38,233 nucleotides of DNA from Candidatus Saccharimonadales bacterium. Its GTDB lineage: Bacteria; Patescibacteriota; Saccharimonadia; UBA4664; SCTI01. Under the pieces are notes generated by a model. The model was given only the letters and a program-made list of their open reading frames with translations. It had not been told where the DNA came from and ran no database searches. A program made the position numbers and the translations under genes. Positions 22,132-30,707 of the stretch are shown piece after piece (position 1 is the first letter of the stretch; every line of letters starts with the position of its first letter). The stretch spans positions 1 to 38,233 of the forward strand of contig JASLFZ010000064.1 in NCBI GenBank assembly GCA_030150485.1. The letters run 5' to 3'.

Positions 22132-25100
22132 TTACTGACAGGCTTCGCAGTCAGGGTCTTCCACCAGCGCCAAGCGAGCAGCTCCTTCGATTACGTTTAA
22201 CCCAGCGAGGCCGGCTGTGCCGCCAGAGGTGTCCGGAGCAGCACTACTTACCGTACTTGAGGTTACTGGCATCTTAGAAGAAACTACTGTGACAGACGGT
22301 GCCGCTGGCACCTCTGGCGTTAAACTCACAACTGCGTTGGCTACTACCGGCGCTGCTGCCGCCACCTCCGGTGAGGGCGCAGCCGTAACCACTGCCTCCG
22401 ATGATACTGCCGCTACCGGCTCGGGCGCAACTGGCTGAGCCGCTGGAGCTAATTCAAGAGCGGCGGCGGTCGCCATGGCTGGGGCGGTAGTTTTGCGCAG
22501 ATCTACCGTGCTCTTTTCTACACCACTAGCGGCCTGAGTCCGCAGGTAGTAGGTGGTCTTGAGGCCCATGTGCCATGCCAGCATGTACATTTCAGCCAGC
22601 CGGCGACCCGAAGTACCCTTGAAGAAAACGTTCAGCGACTGGCTTTGATCGATCCACTTGCCTCGATACGCCGCTGCCTTAATCAGCCATTCGGTATCAA
22701 TATCGAAGACTTCCTTGTACTTGCTTCGTAAGCGAGGTGGGATTACCGACACTTCGCCAATGCTACCATCGTGCTGCTTAATCTCTTCTAGTACCGTCTG
22801 GTTCCATAGTCCCAGCTTCTTCAAATCCTCCACCAAGTACTGGTTGACCACCGTGAAATCGCCGGACATGTTGGCCTTCACATAAAGGTTCTTGAAAATC
22901 GGCTCAATACAAGGGTAGCAGCCGCTGATGTTGGAGATGGTAGCGGTCGGTGCAATCGCCATAGTATTGGAGTTGCGCATACCAGATTTCTTAACCGCTT
23001 CCCGTACCGGCGTCCAATCGAGCCGCGAGGTTCGCATGACGCCAATCGGCATGCCACGCTCTTGCTCAAGCAGGTTAAGCGTGTCAATCGGGAAGATGTT
23101 ACGGTCCCACTTGGAGCCTTCATAGGTCTCATACGCACCACGCTCCTCAGCCAGTTTTGCCGAGGCAAGGATGGCGTGGTAAGAAATAAGCTCCATGCTG
23201 TAATCAGCAAACCGAACGGTTTCATCACTATCGAAGTCCATATCGGCCAGGTACAGCGCATCCTGGAAGCCCATGATCCCTAAGCCAACCGGGCGGTGGC
23301 GCAAGTTTGAGGTCTTGGCCTCTTTGGTGGGGTAGTAGTTGAGGTCGATGACGTTATCAAGCATGCGCATTGCAACCTTAACCGTCTTAGCGACCTTCTC
23401 CTCGTCCAGCTTGCCACCAACCATGTGGCGTGCCAGGTTAACCGAGCCGAGATTACAGACCGCCGTTTCATCTGCCGAGGTGTTAAGGGTAATTTCGGTA
23501 CACAAGTTAGAGTTGTGAACCACGCCGACATGATCCTGTGGTGAGCGCACGTTGCAAGGGTCCTTGAAGGTAATCCAGGGGTGGCCGGTCTCAAACAGCA
23601 TGGTAATCATTTTTCGCCATAGCTCTTTTGCTGGCATACGCTTAAAGAGAATTTCACCTCGATCGGCCTTCTGTTCGTACTCAATGTACTTCTTCTCGAA
23701 TTCACTGCCGTAAATGTGGTGCAGCTCCGGCACATCACTGGGCGAGAACAACGTCCACTGCCCACTATCGTTAATGCGCTTCATAAAGAGGTCGGGCACC
23801 CAGTTAACGGTATTCATGTCGTGGGTACGACGGCGCTCGTCACCCGTATTGCGGCGCAGATCAAGGAAATCCTCAATGTCTAAGTGCCATGTCTCTAGGT
23901 ATGAGGCTGTGGCGCCGCGGCGCTTGCCTGAGCGGTTGATTGCTACCGTTACGTCGTTGGCAATTCGCAAGAAAGGAATGACGCCCTGACTATTAACGTT
24001 GGTGGCCTTAATTAAGGAGCCGGTTGCTCGGATGTCGGTCCAGTCGGTACCAATACCACCGGAGTACTTTGACAGCTGGGCGTTATCGCCGTAAACCTTA
24101 AAGATATGCGAAAGGTCATCACCAACGGTGTTAAGGTAGCACGAGCTCATTTGGGCGCGCGTAGTACCCGAGTGAAACAGTGTAGGCGTTGATGGCACGT
24201 AATGAAGCGTCGACATGACCTCGTAAAACTCAATCGCGCGCTCCTCGCGGTTTTTCTCTTCCAGCGCCAAGCCCATCCCTACGCGCATCCAAAACGCCTG
24301 GGGAGTTTCAAGCTTCCGCTCACCGCCCTCCTCGCGCAGTAAGTAGCGGTCGTAAATTGTCTGGAAGCCAAGATACTCAAAGAGGTTATCGCGTTCCGGC
24401 TTAATAGCGGCGGCGATGCGCTCCAGGTCGAAATCCAAGATCCGCTTATCAAGTCGCCCATCGCGTACCATGACATGAACGTTATCGGTAAAGGCTTTGC
24501 GATAGGCCGCGTGGAAGTGCCGGCGCTCAGTTTTACCAAATATTTCCTGGTAGAGCGACCGTAGGCCAAGCCGAGCAGCTAGCTTACTGTACTCGGGGTC
24601 AAGCTCAATGTAAGACCGGGCCGCAAACGTCAACGCCATATCCAGGTCATCGGTTTTCATACCATCGTGTAGCTCACTTAAACAGCGGCTAACGAGCAGG
24701 TTGATATCGATCGACTCCAATCCCTCGGCGTGCTCGGTTAAGGCCGCTCGAATCTGCTGCTCACTCACAATCTGCTGAGCGCCGTCAGCATTGACTAAGC
24801 TCAGGCTAGTTTGGGCGGCTACCGGCTCGGTCGGCTCGGTGTCGCGGCGCTTGGCCTGCTCGGCACGATACAAGATATAGGCTTTGCCGACCTCATAGTG
24901 GCCGTGCTCCATCAAGGTTTGCTCTACCAAGTCTTGGACACCCTCGACGTCGGGAGTGGTATCACCATACTTAATTTCGATGTGCCGAATCACGTGATCG
25001 ACGATCAAACGAAATGGGCGGACGTCGGCATTTGGGTCAACCGCCTGTGCTGCCCTGCCCATTGCCTGCTGAATTTTGGCTCTATCAAAGCCAACCAGCC

Positions 25101-25134
25101 GACCGTCACGTTTCTTAATAGTGGTGATATCCAT
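22132..25134 (-). CDS. nrdA: Ribonucleotide reductase large subunit R1 (class I) with ATP-cone(s) and an extended C-terminal tail
   Basis: The 1000-aa product starts with an ATP-cone (MDITTIKKRDGRLVGFDRAKIQQAM). The catalytic core motifs are NLCTEI, PTATIS and the YY pair in TTYYLRT. It ends in a terminal CEAC redox pair. Confidence 0.95.
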   Translation of the reverse strand: MDITTIKKRDGRLVGFDRAKIQQAMGRAAQAVDPNADVRPFRLIVDHVIRHIEIKYGDTTPDVEGVQDLVEQTLMEHGHYEVGKAYILYRAEQAKRRDTEPTEPVAAQTSLSLVNADGAQQIVSEQQIRAALTEHAEGLESIDINLLVSRCLSELHDGMKTDDLDMALTFAARSYIELDPEYSKLAARLGLRSLYQEIFGKTERRHFHAAYRKAFTDNVHVMVRDGRLDKRILDFDLERIAAAIKPERDNLFEYLGFQTIYDRYLLREEGGERKLETPQAFWMRVGMGLALEEKNREERAIEFYEVMSTLHYVPSTPTLFHSGTTRAQMSSCYLNTVGDDLSHIFKVYGDNAQLSKYSGGIGTDWTDIRATGSLIKATNVNSQGVIPFLRIANDVTVAINRSGKRRGATASYLETWHLDIEDFLDLRRNTGDERRRTHDMNTVNWVPDLFMKRINDSGQWTLFSPSDVPELHHIYGSEFEKKYIEYEQKADRGEILFKRMPAKELWRKMITMLFETGHPWITFKDPCNVRSPQDHVGVVHNSNLCTEITLNTSADETAVCNLGSVNLARHMVGGKLDEEKVAKTVKVAMRMLDNVIDLNYYPTKEAKTSNLRHRPVGLGIMGFQDALYLADMDFDSDETVRFADYSMELISYHAILASAKLAEERGAYETYEGSKWDRNIFPIDTLNLLEQERGMPIGVMRTSRLDWTPVREAVKKSGMRNSNTMAIAPTATISNISGCYPCIEPIFKNLYVKANMSGDFTVVNQYLVEDLKKLGLWNQTVLEEIKQHDGSIGEVSVIPPRLRSKYKEVFDIDTEWLIKAAAYRGKWIDQSQSLNVFFKGTSGRRLAEMYMLAWHMGLKTTYYLRTQAASGVEKSTVDLRKTTAPAMATAAALELAPAAQPVAPEPVAAVSSEAVVTAAPSPEVAAAAPVVANAVVSLTPEVPAAPSVTVVSSKMPVTSSTVSSAAPDTSGGTAGLAGLNVIEGAARLALVEDPDCEACQ

Positions 25135-25157
25135 TGCACCCCCTTACCTACTTAATT

Positions 25158-25204
25158 GCGCTATATGTAGTGTGTTTTTGTTAGCACCTACTCTATATAC
25201 CAGC
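25158..25204 (-). promoter_or_regulatory. Possible tandem NrdR-box-like sites in the nrdA 5' UTR
   Basis: ACACTACATATAGCGC (revcomp of 25158-25173) resembles the NrdR box consensus acacWATATATWgtgt. A weaker TATATAGAGTAG-containing site lies about 30 nt upstream. Both are imperfect. Confidence 0.25.
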
Positions 25205-25260
25205 ATAAGCGTTAATTTTTGTAAGCGCAAGCACTTTATTCACAAAGTTTTGCACTCTTT

Positions 25261-25289
25261 ATTATATTCGCCTTTTGTTCGGTTTGCAA
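25261..25289 (-). promoter_or_regulatory. Sigma-70-type promoter for the nrdA operon
   Basis: The minus strand reads TTGCAA (25289-25284), a 17-nt spacer, then TATAAT (25266-25261). This predicts a 5' UTR of about 120 nt before the nrdA ATG (SD AAGGGGGTG). Confidence 0.5.
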
Positions 25290-25312
25290 TATTCTTGAGC
25301 GAAGGTGGTAGG

Positions 25313-25483
25313 CTAGCGCCGCTTAGCTTTTTTGGACTTGGCTTTAGGCGATGAGTAGCTCTCTTGGCGCTTTTTAAACGCTCGGTAAATAGCAAAGGCG
25401 CGCAACCCCCAGGTAAGCAGCTTCCACGCTAATCTGATTTTACGAAACCTCTTTCGCTTTGGTTCGTTACTATCTTTACTCAT
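25313..25483 (-). CDS. Unannotated small ORF: 56-aa highly basic protein with a central hydrophobic/amphipathic helix
   Basis: It is below the 60-aa track threshold and was translated by hand: MSKDSNEPKRKRFRKIRLAWKLLTWGLRAFAIYRAFKKRQESYSSPKAKSKKAKRR. The ATG (25483) overlaps the last purM codons (TATGAGTAA). It is preceded by GGAGGT with a 6-nt spacer, inside the purM 3' end. Confidence 0.5.
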   Translation of the reverse strand: MSKDSNEPKRKRFRKIRLAWKLLTWGLRAFAIYRAFKKRQESYSSPKAKSKKAKRR

Positions 25484-26609
25484 AGTGCACCTCCGGTGTT
25501 TTAGGGGCGAAAAAACCCTTACTGGTAATCGTAATCCCTGGCTTGCTCGTCACGCGCCCAATAACCTGCGATGGAATGCCATGCCGCTTGGCCACCTTCA
25601 TTACCGCGTCTGGCTCCGGCGTGATGATAGCCATACCCTGGCCCATATTCCACGTCCGATAGGCCTCGCTATCGGCTACCTCACCTAGCTCTTGGCAGTG
25701 CAGCATCAACGCGCACGGCGCAAAGGGGTTGTCGATGGTAGCGCCAAGCCCACTTGGCTTCAAGGTGCGCCCCAGCTTGCCAGGCAGGCCACTACCAGTA
25801 ATGTGGGCCACGCCATGGACTTCGGCGGCCGGCTCGGTCGCCAAGCTCCACCCGCCAAACATCTCTACCACCGCTTGTGAATAAATCTTGGAGGGGTAAA
25901 GCGCCGCCTCGCCCAGAGTGGTTTCTTCAAACGGCCGCTCCAGCCACTCCTCGCCATGGGTGGCCGCCAAAATCTTGCGCAGCAACGAGTACCCGTTCGA
26001 ACGAACGCCCAGCTCTTGCAGCCCCACGATCACGTCTCCTGCCTTAACCTCATTGCCAGTAAACATGCGCTCCTCGTTGGCAAACCAGACGAGCCCCGAC
26101 CCCCAGCTAAACGAAAAATCACTACTGGTACCAACGTGCTCGCCGAGCTGGGCGATCTCACCGTTCACGATCGCCACATTAGCGTCGCGGGCCGCCGCCA
26201 CATAGCCGGTGGCCAACTGCTCAATATAAGGCAGGCGCTTGGTGTCCTGCCCGAGCGTATTAATATCCAAAATCGAGCCCATAATAACCGGCTCCGCCCC
26301 TCGCACCACCGCGTCGTCGCACACCATAGCGAGCAGGTCAAACGCCACCGTATCGAACTTATGCAATCGTTCCGCTAGCATCGCCTTGGTGCCAACGCCA
26401 TCAAAGCCAATATTCATGACCGTACCCTTTGGCAGGCCATCCACATTAATGGCGCGGATGCCGGAAAAATCATCAAACGGCGTAACCACCTCGCCCAGCA
26501 AGCCGGTGCGGTTCGCCCAAGTCTGGCGCGAGGCTTGATAAAGCAAGTTGGCGGCCTGCTCCTCTCTATCCACATCAACGCCGGAGCTAGCATAAGTGAA
26601 CTTGCTCAT
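25476..26609 (-). CDS. purM: Phosphoribosylformylglycinamidine cyclo-ligase (AIR synthetase)
   Basis: SSGVDVD..., the DGVGTK-type motif (GFDGVGTKAML) and the AIRS N/C domain layout are present. It has an ATGA overlap with purC. Confidence 0.95.
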   Translation of the reverse strand: MSKFTYASSGVDVDREEQAANLLYQASRQTWANRTGLLGEVVTPFDDFSGIRAINVDGLPKGTVMNIGFDGVGTKAMLAERLHKFDTVAFDLLAMVCDDAVVRGAEPVIMGSILDINTLGQDTKRLPYIEQLATGYVAAARDANVAIVNGEIAQLGEHVGTSSDFSFSWGSGLVWFANEERMFTGNEVKAGDVIVGLQELGVRSNGYSLLRKILAATHGEEWLERPFEETTLGEAALYPSKIYSQAVVEMFGGWSLATEPAAEVHGVAHITGSGLPGKLGRTLKPSGLGATIDNPFAPCALMLHCQELGEVADSEAYRTWNMGQGMAIITPEPDAVMKVAKRHGIPSQVIGRVTSKPGITITSKGFFAPKTPEVHYE

Positions 26610-27577
26610 AGGCCCAGAGCCTGCTTGAGGTTAGCTTCGATTCGCTGATTAATGGGGTACTCGTAGGGCGTAAAGGCCTGGCCGGTGAGCGTTTCGTAGA
26701 CACCGATATAGCGCTGGGCGACGTCTACTACGAGCTCATCGCTCATGGCTGGAGGCTCGCCCTCCCCCCGATAACCCCGCTCGGCGTACCATAGTCGCAA
26801 AAACTCCTTATCAAAGTTTTCCGGCTCCTGGCCGGCCGCCAACCGTTCGGAGTAGCTATCCGCCTTCCAAAATCGCGATGAATCCGGGGTGTGGATCTCA
26901 TCGATCAGCATTAGCTTGCCCTCGTGCAGCCCAAACTCGTACTTGGTGTCTACTAAGATCAAGCCCTGCTTGCGCGCCTCATTCTGACCAAAGGTAAATA
27001 GCTGTAAGCTCACCCCCTCCATCTGTCGGTAGAGCTCCTCGGGCACAATCTTTTGTTCGATGATTTCCTGCCGCGTCAAGCGCTCATCGTGGCCGCTGGC
27101 CCCACCGCCGTGTGTGGTCGGCGTAATGACGGCAGCCGGCAACGCCTGATTTTTGTTAATGCCGTCAGGGAACTCAATCCCGTAAATCATCCGCTCCCCC
27201 TTCTGGTATGACGACCAAATTGAGGTGTTGGTGACGCCGGTCATATAGCCACGCACCACCATCTCCACCGGAATCGCCGTGCACTCATGGGAAATCAGTA
27301 CGTTCGGATCCGGCAGCGAGATCATATGGTTGGGCACAATGCCCTCGGTGCGATCAAACCACCATGCCGCCAGCTGGTTCAACACCGTGCCCTTAAAAGG
27401 GATGAGGCCGAGATTGACGTCAAAGGCCGACTGTCGGTCGGTCGTGACGGTGATTCGCTGGCCGTTGTAGCTATAAAAGTCGCGCACCTTGCCGCTTTGC
27501 TTCGCACCAACTCCCGATAAATCAAGGCCACTCAGTGCGTTCGGTAAAGCCTTCAGGATTGTGCCACCATCAATCAT
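26606..27577 (-). CDS. purC: Phosphoribosylaminoimidazole-succinocarboxamide synthase (SAICAR synthetase), long form
   Basis: GKVRDFY..., LILVDTKYEFG and DEIHTPDSSRFW motifs are present in the 323-aa product. Confidence 0.95.
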   Translation of the reverse strand: MIDGGTILKALPNALSGLDLSGVGAKQSGKVRDFYSYNGQRITVTTDRQSAFDVNLGLIPFKGTVLNQLAAWWFDRTEGIVPNHMISLPDPNVLISHECTAIPVEMVVRGYMTGVTNTSIWSSYQKGERMIYGIEFPDGINKNQALPAAVITPTTHGGGASGHDERLTRQEIIEQKIVPEELYRQMEGVSLQLFTFGQNEARKQGLILVDTKYEFGLHEGKLMLIDEIHTPDSSRFWKADSYSERLAAGQEPENFDKEFLRLWYAERGYRGEGEPPAMSDELVVDVAQRYIGVYETLTGQAFTPYEYPINQRIEANLKQALGL

Positions 27578-28090
27578 CTACATGCCTTCCAGATAATTTT
27601 TGTAGCCGTCCCGCTCGAGTTTTTCCGCTTTAGCGGTTACCTGGTTTTTCAGCTCAGCTTGGTAGTTGATCATTTTTTGGCGCAGTTGCTCGTCGGTAGC
27701 CCCCAATATGCGAGCCGCTAGTAGCCCAGCATTCTTGGCGCCATTTACCGCTACCGTTGCCACCGGAATACCACCCGGCATTTGCACGATCGAAAGCAGC
27801 GAGTCCAGTCCCTCCAGGCTCTTCCCTTTTACCGGCACGCCAACTACCGGCAATGGCGTACTGGCAGCAACCATGCCCGGCAGGTGCGCCGCCCCACCGG
27901 CGCCGGCAATAATAACCTTGAGGCCGCGACTGGCAGCGCTGGTGGCGTACTTCATCAGCCGCTCCGGCGTCCGGTGCGCCGATACCACCGTGAGCTCATA
28001 CTCCACCCCAAACTCATCGAGTACCTCGGCTGCCGCGCTCATCACCGGTAAATCCGAGTCTGAGCCCATAATAATGCCTACCTCTGCCAT
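27578..28090 (-). CDS. purE: N5-carboxyaminoimidazole ribonucleotide mutase (class I PurE)
   Basis: [20 protein letters not shown] and [12 protein letters not shown] motifs are present. The gene is paired with purK. Confidence 0.95.
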   Translation of the reverse strand: MAEVGIIMGSDSDLPVMSAAAEVLDEFGVEYELTVVSAHRTPERLMKYATSAASRGLKVIIAGAGGAAHLPGMVAASTPLPVVGVPVKGKSLEGLDSLLSIVQMPGGIPVATVAVNGAKNAGLLAARILGATDEQLRQKMINYQAELKNQVTAKAEKLERDGYKNYLEGM

Positions 28091-29217
28091 CAGATTGAAA
28101 TAACCTTCCTGGCGGCCTGCGCCTTACGCTCTGCTGCTTCAATTGTATCGGCAAATGCCGTAATGTGCCCCATTTTACGTTCGGGACGGGTTTCGGCCTT
28201 GCCATATAGGTGCACCGTTACGCCAGGAATCGCCAGCGCTTGCTCGAGGCCCTGTGCCTCCGCCACCCCACTACGCTCACCCAAAATATTGATCATCACC
28301 GCCGCCGGCACCTTTAACTCCGTAGCCCCCAGCGGCAACCCGGTTACCGCCCGCACATGCTGCTCAAACTGCGGCGTAGTGCTCGCCTCCACCGTTAGGT
28401 GGCCGCTATTATGGACGCGCGGCGCAATCTCATTTACGAGTACCTTGCCGCTTTCAGTCACGAACATTTCAATGGCAAACACGCCCGCCCCGCTGAGCTC
28501 TTGGGCCACTCGATTAGCCAGACGTGTGGCGGCGTGAGCGGTGGCCGCCCCAACCCTCGCTGGAGCGTATACGCTATGACAAATATTATTGCAATGCACC
28601 GTCTCTACAACCTGGTACACGGCCGTGTCGCCCGCCATGCTCCGGGCAATAATAACGGCTACCTCCTTCGTAAACGGCACGAATCGCTCAACGTAGAGCT
28701 CGCGGCCACCGAGCCGCTCCCATGCCAATGTAATTTCGGACTCCGCTTTGATAATGGCGTTCCCGCGACCATCGTAAGCCCCAAAGCGCGCCTTGAGCAG
28801 CAAGGGATAGCCAAACTCCTTAGCAACTTTTTTTACCTCCGCTATCGTTTCGACCCCTGCAAAGTCTGCCACTGGGATACCCGCCCCCTGTAAAAACCGT
28901 TTTTGGCGCAGCTTATCCTTAATCATGCCCAGCGTTTTCGGCGACGGGTTGATCGCCACCCCCGCTTCCGCCAACTCCTCCAGCACGCCCGCCCCAGCGG
29001 ACTCAATCTCAAAGGTCATATAATCGACGCTAGCCGCCAGCTCTCGGATCGCGGCCGCATCATCATAGGCGGCTACAGTCTGACGGTCGGCCACCTGCCC
29101 GGCGGGGCTGGCGGGAGTCGGGTCAATCACGGTAACGTCAAAGCCGAGCTTTTTGGCGTCCAGCGTGAGCATACGGCCGAGCTGCCCGCCACCGACGATG
29201 CCAAGTCGCTGCTTCAC
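28090..29217 (-). CDS. purK: N5-carboxyaminoimidazole ribonucleotide synthase (ATP-grasp)
   Basis: [12 protein letters not shown], the ATP-grasp core and the [12 protein letters not shown] motif are present. It has a GTG start overlapping the purB stop (GTGA). Confidence 0.9.
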   Translation of the reverse strand: MKQRLGIVGGGQLGRMLTLDAKKLGFDVTVIDPTPASPAGQVADRQTVAAYDDAAAIRELAASVDYMTFEIESAGAGVLEELAEAGVAINPSPKTLGMIKDKLRQKRFLQGAGIPVADFAGVETIAEVKKVAKEFGYPLLLKARFGAYDGRGNAIIKAESEITLAWERLGGRELYVERFVPFTKEVAVIIARSMAGDTAVYQVVETVHCNNICHSVYAPARVGAATAHAATRLANRVAQELSGAGVFAIEMFVTESGKVLVNEIAPRVHNSGHLTVEASTTPQFEQHVRAVTGLPLGATELKVPAAVMINILGERSGVAEAQGLEQALAIPGVTVHLYGKAETRPERKMGHITAFADTIEAAERKAQAARKVISI

Positions 29218-30605
29218 GCCAGCAACTTCTTTATATCAGCGGCTAGGGTTTTGGCTCGGGCAGGCGCGTCGCCCACGTGAGCTCGCACATCCAGCAGCTC
29301 CCCGATCTTTACTGGAGGGATAAACTCTGCCAGCTCTTTGCTCTCTTTTAAGAGCTCCACCATTTTCTGGCCGGGCTGCGCATCCGGCCACGCCGCAAGC
29401 GCAATGGTGCGCAAAAGCTCGTGCATATCTTGGCGGTCGGCGCCACGCTTCACCGCCTCAATAATCAGAGCTTCGGTGGCCGCAAACGGCGCGTAGGTAG
29501 CCAACTGTGCCGACACCCGCTCCTCGTTTACCACCAAGCCGGCAATCAGCTTTTGGGCCGTCAATAAAATCTCATCCGCCAGCAAAAAGGCTTCTGGCAC
29601 CACCAGCCGTCGATTCGCTGAATCGTCCAGCGTCCGCTCTAAATAAGAGTGGCTGATGTTCTCCGTATCTACATTTGGCAGTTGATTCAGTAGCCGCGCC
29701 AGCGAGCCAATTTTCTCAGCGTTGATCGGATTCTTTTTGAACGGCATCGCCGAGCTCCCCACCTGTTTGGAGCCAAACGGTTCGCTCCATTCGCCAAACG
29801 GTGGCGACTGCAAAATCCGCAGATCGGCGGCAAACTTAGCCAGGCTGGCCCCAATACTCGCAAGCAATGCCAACGTCATCTGCTCATACTTACGGCTCAC
29901 TACTTGGGTCGTGATGGCCGCGCCAGTAATGTCCAGTTCTTTCATTACCGCCTCATCCAGCTCCGCGGCACTCATGGGACTATCCGCTAAAATCGCGGCA
30001 TAGCTCGCCCGCGTCCCGATCGCCCCCTTCATGCCTTTGGCGACAAACCGGCCGCGCAGGTTTTTCAGCTGCTCCCAGTCCACCATCAGCTCTGAGGCGT
30101 AAAAAGCCAACCGATACCCTACGGTCGTTGGCTCGGCCGGCTGGAGGTGCGTGTAGCCCATGCACGCCATATCGGCATACCGTTCGATATTGTCGCCCAA
30201 AGCCGAGAGTACTAGCTTCAACCGCTCCCCCACCAAATCTAGCGCTTTGGTAATTCGGATGGCATCAGCATTATCGTTAATATCCATACTGGTCGCACCA
30301 AGGTGGATCTTGCCGCCGCCAATCTTAGCTTTTTCAGCAAACTCGCGAATTCCCGCCACTACGTCATGCTTGGTGTCTTTTTCTATTTCATAAATGCGCT
30401 CAATATGAAGGTCGTCTTGATGGACTTTTAGATCTGCCAACTCCTCGTCACTCACCAACCCGGCCCGGTTTTCAACGGTTGCAAGCGCCACCCAAATCTG
30501 CCGCCACAGCCGATACTTAGTCCGCTCACTAAACAGCTCCCGCATCTCCGGCGAGGCGTAGCGATAACTCAACGGCGACTGATAGCTGGCGTGCAGATCC
30601 GACAT
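29214..30605 (-). CDS. purB: Adenylosuccinate lyase
   Basis: YQSPLSYRYASPEM..., the fumarate-lyase signature GSSAMPFKKNP and the 463-aa length support the call. Confidence 0.95.
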   Translation of the reverse strand: MSDLHASYQSPLSYRYASPEMRELFSERTKYRLWRQIWVALATVENRAGLVSDEELADLKVHQDDLHIERIYEIEKDTKHDVVAGIREFAEKAKIGGGKIHLGATSMDINDNADAIRITKALDLVGERLKLVLSALGDNIERYADMACMGYTHLQPAEPTTVGYRLAFYASELMVDWEQLKNLRGRFVAKGMKGAIGTRASYAAILADSPMSAAELDEAVMKELDITGAAITTQVVSRKYEQMTLALLASIGASLAKFAADLRILQSPPFGEWSEPFGSKQVGSSAMPFKKNPINAEKIGSLARLLNQLPNVDTENISHSYLERTLDDSANRRLVVPEAFLLADEILLTAQKLIAGLVVNEERVSAQLATYAPFAATEALIIEAVKRGADRQDMHELLRTIALAAWPDAQPGQKMVELLKESKELAEFIPPVKIGELLDVRAHVGDAPARAKTLAADIKKLLA

Positions 30606-30612
30606 AGGGTTT

Positions 30613-30621
30613 AGTTTAGCA
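30613..30621 (-). promoter_or_regulatory. Extended -10 (TGcTAAACT) for the purB operon; predicted leaderless transcript
   Basis: The minus strand reads TGCTAAACT, then 7 nt (AAACCCT), then the purB ATG, with no SD. Confidence 0.45.
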
Positions 30622-30660
30622 TAGGCAAAATCCCGGGTGCTGGGCGCAGCCAGCTCGGTT

Positions 30661-30669
30661 TGCTATAGT
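30661..30669 (+). promoter_or_regulatory. Extended -10 (TGcTATAGT) for the IMPCH-like gene
   Basis: TGCTATAGT lies 38 nt upstream of the ATG at 30708. SD AAGGAG lies about 9 nt upstream of the ATG. Confidence 0.45.
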
Positions 30670-30707
30670 GGGGCTACGTCAAATCCGATTCAAGGAGCTG
30701 CGAGCAC

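Noticed and set aside
22135-22491. NrdA C-terminal low-complexity region considered as an intein, a separate gene or a tandem DNA repeat
   Set aside because: No intein splice-junction blocks are present. The catalytic core is uninterrupted, and the frame is continuous to the terminal CEAC. I saw no exact nucleotide periodicity.
30606-30707. Purine or ZTP riboswitch in the purB / IMPCH-like divergent region
   Set aside because: The gap is only 102 nt and is occupied by two -10 elements. The predicted leaders (0 nt and about 35 nt) are too short for either aptamer, and the GC-rich stretch CCGGGTGCTGGGCGCA does not complete a pfl/ZTP fold.
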